This document shows, one piece after another, positions 1 through 6,214 of a stretch of DNA of 64,000 nucleotides. The stretch spans positions 11,199 through 75,198 of the forward strand of contig DATBIX010000046.1 of the NCBI GenBank assembly GCA_036556665.1, in the 5' to 3' direction. The notes below the pieces were generated by a model. That model had not been told where the DNA came from and did no database searches. It saw nothing but the letters and a program-made list of their open reading frames with translations. The DNA comes from Acidimicrobiia bacterium (GTDB lineage: Bacteria > Actinomycetota > Acidimicrobiia > Spongiisociales > ZC4RG35). Made by a program: the position numbers and the translations under genes. The first letter of the stretch is position 1. Each line of letters opens with the position of its first letter.

Positions 1-1004
1 TGGTCCCGCTCATCACCTCTCAGGCCTTCATAGACGTGGGTGCCCAGCTGGGGGTGGTGTTGCTCCTGTTCATGCTCGGACTGGAGTACACCGCCGACGA
101 CCTGGTCAGAGGTCTGCGCACCGGGGCGGTGGCGGGCGTGGTGGACCTGGTCGCCAACTACATCCCCGGCTACCTGGCCGGGCTGCTCATCGGGCTGGGC
201 CCGGTGGGATCCCTCTTCCTGGGCGGCGTCACCTACATCTCGTCCTCCGGCGTGGTCGCCAAGCTCCTCTCGGATCTGGGCTGGACCGGAAACCGGGAGA
301 CCCCGGTGATCCTGTCCATTCTCGTGTTCGAAGACCTCGCCATGGCGGTGATCCTCCCCATCCTCGGTGCCGTCGCCCTGGGAGGCAGTTGGGGGGCCAC
401 CTTCGTCTCTGTCGCCGCAGCCCTCGTCGTGGTTGCGCTGATCATCTCCCTCGCCTCCCGCCATGGCGACCGATTCAGCCGTGCCGCCTTCTCCGGTTCC
501 GACGAGGTCAACCTTCTCACCGTGCTGGGTGTGACCCTGATCGTCGCCGGGCTCGCCGAACAGCTCCACATATCCGCCGCGGTCGGCGCCTTCCTCGTCG
601 GGATCGGCGTCTCCGGCGAGGCGACCGATCGCGTGAGAGAGCTCCTCGCCCCGCTCCGCGACCTCTTCGCCGGTGTCTTCTTCGTGTTCTTCGGGCTGTC
701 CATCGACCCACAGACCCTCCCCGACGTGGCCTGGTACGCGATCGCCCTTGCCGCCGTCACCGGGGTCAGCAAGGCCGCCACCGGTTGGTGGGCCTCATGG
801 CGCGCCGGGATCGGGGGGCGCGGGCGCAGGCGGGCAGCGACGGCCCTGCTCGCCCGCGGGGAGTTCTCCATCGTCATCGCCGGGCTGGGGCTCACCGCCG
901 GGGTCGGGGCGGAGTTGGGCCCGATCTCCGCCGGCTACGTCCTGATCATGGCGACGACCGGGCCCATCCTGGCCCGATTCGTCGGAGACAGACGATCGGT
1001 GTGA
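1..1004 (+). CDS. Cation:proton antiporter, Kef/NhaP-type membrane domain; 5' end lies upstream of the window
   Basis: The frame of ORF 36..1004 stays open back to nt 3. Polytopic hydrophobic protein with an LLLFMLGLEY-type segment typical of CPA-family exchangers. Confidence 0.7.
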   Translation, partial: VPLITSQAFIDVGAQLGVVLLLFMLGLEYTADDLVRGLRTGAVAGVVDLVANYIPGYLAGLLIGLGPVGSLFLGGVTYISSSGVVAKLLSDLGWTGNRETPVILSILVFEDLAMAVILPILGAVALGGSWGATFVSVAAALVVVALIISLASRHGDRFSRAAFSGSDEVNLLTVLGVTLIVAGLAEQLHISAAVGAFLVGIGVSGEATDRVRELLAPLRDLFAGVFFVFFGLSIDPQTLPDVAWYAIALAAVTGVSKAATGWWASWRAGIGGRGRRRAATALLARGEFSIVIAGLGLTAGVGAELGPISAGYVLIMATTGPILARFVGDRRSV

Positions 1005-1011
1005 GCGGAGG

Positions 1012-1527
1012 TCACACGAACAACTGCACGTCAGCGTCTGCAGCGAAGTCGAGGAAGGCCCCGGCCCCGGCTATCTCGCAGCCCTTGATCAGGTCGTCCT
1101 CCTCGACACCCATCACCCCCATCGTCGTGGAACAGGCGAAGAACCTGACGCCGAGTCCCTGGGACATCTCGATGAACTCGGGAACGGTCGGCATGCGGGC
1201 GTCGGTCATCCATTTCTTCATCACCTTGGTAGCGGCCGCGGTGGCCCCGGGCAGGGCGCCGAGCAGGTTGGGCAGCTGGATCGGCCCGGCCGGGTTGGCC
1301 AGGGAGGCGACCTTCAGTTTCTCCAACCGATCGTTGTGAATGATGTCCAGACCGTAGAAGGTGAAATAGACGCCGGCTTCCCAACCCAGGCTGGCCGCGG
1401 TGGTGGCGAGGATCAGAGGCGGATAGGCCTGGTCGAGTGTCCCTTTGGAGGCCACCAGGGCGATCCTCCGTCGCCGCTGAGACTCCTCGGTCGGGCGGCT
1501 CCCGTCGACGGTGAGCAGCTCGGTCAT
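1012..1527 (-). CDS. DsrE/DsrF-like sulfur-relay family protein (171 aa)
   Basis: Trimmed from ORF 1012..1902 to the ATG at 1527 (MTELLTVDG...), which is preceded by AAGGAG. The conserved FFACSTTMGVMG region is typical of the DsrE-like fold. Its start makes a 4-nt ATGA overlap with the stop of the upstream tusA-like gene. Confidence 0.7.
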   Translation of the reverse strand: MTELLTVDGSRPTEESQRRRRIALVASKGTLDQAYPPLILATTAASLGWEAGVYFTFYGLDIIHNDRLEKLKVASLANPAGPIQLPNLLGALPGATAAATKVMKKWMTDARMPTVPEFIEMSQGLGVRFFACSTTMGVMGVEEDDLIKGCEIAGAGAFLDFAADADVQLFV

Positions 1528-1790
1528 GACCGGGCTCCTTTCTCGATCCAGAACAAATGACGGTCCTCCTGGCGCTCGACGGCGAGCAGCGTGTTCCCTG
1601 TCTGCCGGGCAAGGGCCGGGATGTCCTCGAGGGCACCCGGGTCGGTCGCTATCACCCGAAGCACCTGGCCCGGGGCCAGCTGGCCGAGGGCGAGCGAGGC
1701 GCGGTAGAGCGGCAGCGGGCACAACAACCCGCTCGTGTCCACCTCGGCGTCCACCGTCGGGTGGCTCACCTGGGCGAATTGACTGGTCAT
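1524..1790 (-). CDS. TusA/SirA-family sulfurtransferase (88 aa)
   Basis: Has the LLCPLPL (CPxP) active-site motif and a size typical of TusA. A strong SD (AAGGAGAAGGAA) lies just upstream of the ATG. Confidence 0.8.
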   Translation of the reverse strand: MTSQFAQVSHPTVDAEVDTSGLLCPLPLYRASLALGQLAPGQVLRVIATDPGALEDIPALARQTGNTLLAVERQEDRHLFWIEKGARS

Positions 1791-1828
1791 ATTCCTTCTC
1801 CTTGGCCGTGGGCTCCGGATCGGGCATC

Positions 1829-1857
1829 AAAAAACCCGCATCCGGTGCCGGTGCGGG
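1829..1857 (-). terminator. Intrinsic terminator (minus strand): CCCGCACCGGCACCGGAUGCGGG followed by U6
   Basis: An 8-bp GC-rich stem (1835-1842 pairs with 1850-1857, one G-U pair) with a 7-nt loop, followed by a run of 6 U on the minus strand (1834->1829). This is the only canonical stem-plus-U-run terminator I found in the window. Confidence 0.75.
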
Positions 1858-2123
1858 TTTGGTGTCTCGAACTACGAGATGGCTCAGGACATCACCACGC
1901 ACCCGGCGCGGGCGCGCAGCAACAGACGCAGGCGCCGAACGGGCGGGTGACGTGGCATGTCATGTCGGCGGGCATGGTAGGTGAGGGACGCCGGGACGCA
2001 AATGCCGATCCGTATCGGAGCGAATGCGAGGCCAGTGGAGTTGGAGAGGAGGAGAAGGAAGTCCGCCGCTGGGGCGGAGCAATCTCCACTGGCCATCGCA
2101 CATTCGAGGGGAAGAGAATCACT

Positions 2124-2139
2124 TGTGATTCTATTCACA
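2124..2139. promoter_or_regulatory. Perfect CRP/FNR (GlxR)-type palindrome TGTGA-N6-TCACA
   Basis: Plus-strand sequence is TGTGATTCTATTCACA. It extends to TTGTGA-N6-TCACAA. It lies in the non-coding gap, 52 nt beyond the stop of the 2191..2964 gene. Confidence 0.45.
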
Positions 2140-2190
2140 AGGAACAACCAAGTGGACCGAGTGGTTATTCCACGCGACCCGCGTCATCGG

Positions 2191-2964
2191 TCAATTGGAG
2201 AAGGTGACGGAGAAGGCCGGCGCCCATCTCGTCACCACCCGGCCATAGTTCTCCCCGGCCGCCATCATGTCGCCCTCGGCCAGGGCGTCGAGTGACCGCC
2301 GCACCAGCTCAACCGAATCGTCGAATACCAGATCGTGAGGGTCGAACAACTCCGAGACGTCTGCATAGTCGAGCTCGAGCATCGAACCGGGAGGGAAGTC
2401 ACCCATCCACTCGAGGAGCTGCTCCAGCTCGGCGGCCGGGCCCTCGAATACCTGCAGCGAGCGCAAGATCCCCAGGGCATTCTCGACCCGCCTGGTTCCC
2501 ACCGCCAGGTCGACTCTGAAGCGCAGACGGGGGGACCCATGTACCTCGTACACCTCACGGTCCTCGGGTTGGAATGCGGCGAACCAGCGGACCGGAACGT
2601 GCCAGGCGGCCGTGAGTACATGAGACCGATGAGAGGGATGGTCACGCTGGTACTGACGCAGCTCGCGATCGGCCGCTCTCGCCGCCGCGTCCGGGATCAG
2701 CCCCGCACCGAGGCCGCGAAATGCGTTGGCGAAGGCAAGGGTCGACTCGAGCACCCGAAGCCTCAGATAGCGAGGGCACACCACGCGGGCCCCATTCCAC
2801 TCCGTAACCCAGCTCTCCTCGGTCTCGGTCTCCGAGAGGATCCCGTAGGCGTGGACGAAACCGGGCACAGGGTCGCCGATCTCCACAGCCTGAGGCGAGT
2901 ACACCCGAAGGAACGCCGTCTTGGTCACGGCTCCATCCTGGCAGAGGTGGAAGGCAACAGCCAT
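2191..2964 (-). CDS. Conserved hypothetical protein (257 aa), no family recognised
   Basis: Trimmed from ORF 2191..3033 to the ATG at 2964 (MAVAFHLCQDG...). Soluble, non-repetitive sequence. Divergent from the Leu/Val dehydrogenase gene. Confidence 0.55.
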   Translation of the reverse strand: MAVAFHLCQDGAVTKTAFLRVYSPQAVEIGDPVPGFVHAYGILSETETEESWVTEWNGARVVCPRYLRLRVLESTLAFANAFRGLGAGLIPDAAARAADRELRQYQRDHPSHRSHVLTAAWHVPVRWFAAFQPEDREVYEVHGSPRLRFRVDLAVGTRRVENALGILRSLQVFEGPAAELEQLLEWMGDFPPGSMLELDYADVSELFDPHDLVFDDSVELVRRSLDALAEGDMMAAGENYGRVVTRWAPAFSVTFSN

Positions 2965-2972
2965 GGTGCCCC

Positions 2973-2984
2973 GGACCCGGGTCC
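2973..2984. promoter_or_regulatory. 12-bp perfect palindrome GGACCCGGGTCC in a divergent promoter region
   Basis: Located between the start at 2964 (minus) and the Leu/Val dehydrogenase start (3009-3039, plus). Possible operator. GC-rich, so chance occurrence cannot be excluded. Confidence 0.2.
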
Positions 2985-3008
2985 AGGTAGTATCGGCGTT
3001 GCAGCCAT

Positions 3009-4115
3009 GTGCTCGGTGAAGGAGCAAACGCATTGGTCGTGTTCGATGAGGTAGCCCGGGAGGGACATGAGCAGATCCTCTACGGTTACGACAAGATCTC
3101 CGGGCTGAAGACGATCATCGCGATCCACTCCACGGCTCTCGGTCCCGCCCTCGGCGGGACACGCTTTTTTCCATACCCTTCGGAGGACGAGGCACTCGAG
3201 GATGCGCTGCGGCTCTCCCGTGGGATGACCTACAAGGCCGCGGCGGCCGGGCTCGACCTCGGTGGGGGCAAGGCGGTGATCATCGGGGACCCCTCGACCG
3301 ACAAGTCCGAGCGTCTGCTTCGGGCATACGGCCGGATCGTCGACTCATTGCGGGGCAGGTACATCACGGCTGAAGACGTCGGGACCACGACCACCGACCT
3401 CGACATCGTGCGGCGCGAGACCCGATGGGCCTTGGGGAACTCGGTGGCCGAAGGCGGGGCGGGCGACCCATCGCCGATGACGGCGAGGGGTCTCTTTGCC
3501 GCCTGCCGGGCGGTGGCCGAGGATCTGTGGGGTGACCCGGACATCTCCGGACGGCGCTTCGCCGTCCAGGGGGTCGGAAAGGTCGGCTCCGCCTTCGTCC
3601 AACTCCTCGTCGAGGCCAGAGCGGAGGTGATCGTCTCCGACGCCCACGAGGTGGCGACACGGGCCGCCGTCGACACCTACGGTGTGAAGAGCGTCGATGT
3701 CGACGAGATCCACGCCGTGGACTGTGACTTCTATTCGCCGTGCGCCCTGGGAGCAGGGCTCAACGAGCGGACGATCCCCGCCCTCGCCTGCCAGGCGATC
3801 GTGGGCAGTGCCAACAACCAGCTCGCCACCGATGCGGATGCCGAGAGGATCGCACAGCGCGGGATCCTGTACGGCCCCGACTTCGTGGTGAACGCAGGCG
3901 GGTTGATCAACGTCTACGACGAGCTGCAGGGCTACTCGAAGATCCGGGCCCTGCATCGTGTCGACGGGATCTTCCAAGCAACCAAAACGATTCTCGAGAT
4001 GTCGAAGAGCGAAGGGATCAACCCGAACGCCGCCGCGATGAAGGTGGCCGAGGATCGGATCAGGGAGATAGGAGACCTGCGGCGGTTCCGTCGCAGTGGG
4101 GACGACCGGAATTGA
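3009..4115 (+). CDS. Leucine/valine/phenylalanine dehydrogenase (Glu/Leu/Phe/Val dehydrogenase family)
   Basis: GLKTIIAIHSTALGPALGGTRFFPY and GGGKAVIIGDP motifs. The start is ambiguous. GTG 3009 is the longest option. TTG 3033 sits 8 nt after GAAGGAG (3018-3024) and is the likelier start. GTG 3039 is also possible. Confidence 0.85.
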   Translation: MLGEGANALVVFDEVAREGHEQILYGYDKISGLKTIIAIHSTALGPALGGTRFFPYPSEDEALEDALRLSRGMTYKAAAAGLDLGGGKAVIIGDPSTDKSERLLRAYGRIVDSLRGRYITAEDVGTTTTDLDIVRRETRWALGNSVAEGGAGDPSPMTARGLFAACRAVAEDLWGDPDISGRRFAVQGVGKVGSAFVQLLVEARAEVIVSDAHEVATRAAVDTYGVKSVDVDEIHAVDCDFYSPCALGAGLNERTIPALACQAIVGSANNQLATDADAERIAQRGILYGPDFVVNAGGLINVYDELQGYSKIRALHRVDGIFQATKTILEMSKSEGINPNAAAMKVAEDRIREIGDLRRFRRSGDDRN

Positions 4116-4132
4116 GCGACACCCTGACGGGG

Positions 4133-6157
4133 ATGGATTTCGACAGGAACCTGCATCATCACCAACTCGGGCTGAGCGACGAACGGGTTCTCGAGCTGTA
4201 TCGGGTGATGGTCATGGCACGTCGCATCGACGACCGGCTCTTCGCTCTTCAGCGACAGGGCCGGGCGCCCTTCGTGGTCGGGTCCTCGGGTCATGAGGCG
4301 GTGCAGGCCGCCTCTGCCTTCGCCCTCGACAGGTCGAAGGACTGGGTCCTGCCCTATTACCGCGACATGGGAGTGGCGCTGGCCTGGGGGTTCACACCCC
4401 TCGACGTCTTCCTCGCCGCCTTCGCCAAGAAGACGGATCGCATGTCGGGCGGGCGCCAGCTCCCCGGCCATTGGTCGGACCCGGACCTCAGGATCCTCAC
4501 CCAGTCCTCCGTGATCGGAACCCAGTTCCTCCATGCGGTCGGGATCGCACAGGCAATCGTCACCCGGGGAGAGGACTCGGTTGTCGTGGTCTACGGTGGT
4601 GAGGGCTCGACTTCGGAGGGCGACTGGCACGAGGCGATGAACTGGGCCGGGATTCACCGGCTCCCTCTGATCTTTCTCATCGAGCACAATGGCTACGCGA
4701 TCTCGGTGCCCACCCACGAGGAGGTGGCCGGGAGCCTGGTCGCCCGAGCAGCCGGGTATGGCTTCCCCGGGGTCGAGGTCGACGGAAACCGCTCACTCCG
4801 TGTCTACAAGGTCATGCAGGAGGCGGTGGAAAGAGCACGGTCCGGGGAGGGCCCCACCCTGATCGAGGCCGAGACCTACCGTTACTACGCCCACACCTCG
4901 GATGACAACGACGCCCTCTATCGCAGCCGGGAGGAGGTGGAGACCTGGCGGAAACGCGATCCTGTCGCTCGGCTCCGCCAGTATCTGATCGAGCATCGGC
5001 TCCTGACCGAGGCAGAGGAGAAACGCATCGACGCCGAGGTCGCCGCCGAGCTCACCACCGCCGTGGAGGAGGCCGAGGCTGCCCCCGACCCTGACGAGGC
5101 GAGCTCACGCGTGTATGCCCGGGTCATCGAGCCAGGCCCGGCCGTCGTGGAGCCCGAGCCGTCGCTCGACGGCGAGGAGGTCAACATGATCACCTCGATC
5201 AACAGGGCGCTCCACGAGGTGATGGAGGCCCACCCGGACACGATCGTCTTCGGCGAGGACGTCGCCAGGGAGAAGGGGGGCGTGTTCAAGGCCACCCAGT
5301 CGCTCACCGAGTCTTTCGGATCGGCCCGGTGCTTCAACACTCCGATCGCCGAGTCGTCGATCGTCGGGGTCGCCATCGGCATGGCCGCAGCCGGGTTCAA
5401 GGTCGTCCCGGAGATCCAGTTCGCCGACTACATCCACCCCGCCTTCGACCAGCTGGTCTCCGAGGCGGCACGCATCTGCTTCCGCTCCGACGGGCGCTGG
5501 AACGTGCCGATCGTCGTCAGGACACCGTACGGCGCCGGGATCCACGGGGCGCTCTACCACTCGCAGTCGATCGAGTCGTTCTATGCCCACGTCCCGGGTT
5601 TGAAGGTGGTGGTGCCTTCGACTCCGGCAGATGTGAAGGGACTCCTGTTCTCAGCCGTCGAGGACCCCGACCCGGTCCTGTTCCTCGAGCCGAAAAAGCT
5701 GTACCGGCTGGCAAAGGGCCCCTATCCCGCAGGCGAGCATCGGGTGCCTCTCGGTCGGGCTGCCATCACTCACGCCGGGACAGATCTCACCATCCTGGTC
5801 TACGGGGCCATGGCCTACTTCGCCCTTCAGGCGGTGCCCATCCTCGAAGAGTTGGGGATCAGCCCCGAGGTGATCGACCTGCGCAGTCTCAAGCCTCTCG
5901 ACTGGCCGACCATCGAGGCGTCGGTGAAGAAGACCTCCCGGGCCCTGATCGTCCATGAGGACAACGAGTTCGTCGGTTATGGCGCCGAGCTGGCGGCTCA
6001 GATAGCCGACAAGACATTCGAGTGGCTCGACGCCCCGGTTCGCCGTTACGCCCTGCCCGACGTGCCGGTCATGCCCTACGCCGGGGCACTCGAGGACCAG
6101 CTCTACCCGACCCCGGAGGGGATCGTCAGGCACGCCCAGGAGCTGGCCAAGTACTGA
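4133..6157 (+). CDS. 2-oxoacid (branched-chain-type) dehydrogenase E1 component, alpha and beta subunits in one stop-less reading frame (674 aa)
   Basis: Starts at ATG 4133 (MDFDRNLHH...). The N-terminal half is E1-alpha-like, with a YGGEGSTSEGDWHEAMNWA TPP-binding region. From MITSINRALHEV... onward it is E1-beta-like. No stop codon separates the two. An internal GAGGAGG-N5-ATG sits at 5174-5188. Confidence 0.85.
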   Translation: MDFDRNLHHHQLGLSDERVLELYRVMVMARRIDDRLFALQRQGRAPFVVGSSGHEAVQAASAFALDRSKDWVLPYYRDMGVALAWGFTPLDVFLAAFAKKTDRMSGGRQLPGHWSDPDLRILTQSSVIGTQFLHAVGIAQAIVTRGEDSVVVVYGGEGSTSEGDWHEAMNWAGIHRLPLIFLIEHNGYAISVPTHEEVAGSLVARAAGYGFPGVEVDGNRSLRVYKVMQEAVERARSGEGPTLIEAETYRYYAHTSDDNDALYRSREEVETWRKRDPVARLRQYLIEHRLLTEAEEKRIDAEVAAELTTAVEEAEAAPDPDEASSRVYARVIEPGPAVVEPEPSLDGEEVNMITSINRALHEVMEAHPDTIVFGEDVAREKGGVFKATQSLTESFGSARCFNTPIAESSIVGVAIGMAAAGFKVVPEIQFADYIHPAFDQLVSEAARICFRSDGRWNVPIVVRTPYGAGIHGALYHSQSIESFYAHVPGLKVVVPSTPADVKGLLFSAVEDPDPVLFLEPKKLYRLAKGPYPAGEHRVPLGRAAITHAGTDLTILVYGAMAYFALQAVPILEELGISPEVIDLRSLKPLDWPTIEASVKKTSRALIVHEDNEFVGYGAELAAQIADKTFEWLDAPVRRYALPDVPVMPYAGALEDQLYPTPEGIVRHAQELAKY

Positions 6158-6214
6158 GCCCGCCTCAGGCCCCCCGGCCTGACCGGGAGGTCACACTCCT
6201 AAGGTCACCGGCAC

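Larger units (their letters stand above)
1829..2140 (-). ncRNA. Candidate structured leader / sRNA upstream of tusA-dsrE (family unknown)
   Basis: Non-coding gap with several structural elements. A long helix pairs 2021-2040 with 2084-2106. There are nested hairpins at 2062-2078, 2005-2018 and 1865-1879. A 19-nt polypyrimidine tract runs 2061->2043. The element ends at the terminator at 1829-1857. No plausible ORF is present. The 5' boundary is uncertain. Confidence 0.35.

Noticed and set aside
2043-2078. GGAGAAGGAAGTCCGCC looked superficially like the RNase P P4 motif (GAGGAAAGTCCGG) or the SRP RNA GGAAGGAAGC motif.
   Set aside because: The match breaks after GTCCG. The partner motifs are absent from both strands: ACAGAACCCGGCTTA for RNase P, and the GNAR-tetraloop helix-8 context for SRP. 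A tmRNA or tRNA-like GGTTCGAnTCC 3' end is also absent from the gap.
1884-2295. Small ORFs inside the non-coding gap: 1884..2147(-), 1892..2122(-) and 1981..2295(+).
   Set aside because: None has an SD or leaderless signal. The compositions are implausible (Arg/Ser/Pro-rich). They are cut through by the strong RNA helices. The plus-strand ORF overlaps the 3' end of the convergent 2191..2964 gene.
3740-4132. The N-terminal 131 codons of the 805-aa track ORF, overlapping the 3' end of the Leu/Val dehydrogenase gene.
   Set aside because: The translation is Arg-rich low-complexity sequence. The E1-alpha homology begins at ATG 4133, just after the dehydrogenase stop. The same logic was used to trim 49381..51519 to 50742, 21742..23325 to 22192, 53272..54882 to 54705 and 1012..1902 to 1527.
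6158-6214. The hairpin CAGGCC-cccc-GGCCTG and the direct repeat GGTCAC-N9-GGTCAC upstream of argS, considered as a T-box or attenuator.
   Set aside because: At 57 nt it is far too short for a T-box and has no specifier/antiterminator architecture. It is probably just a weak terminator for the E1 gene plus the argS promoter region (TAAGGT 9 nt before the ATG).
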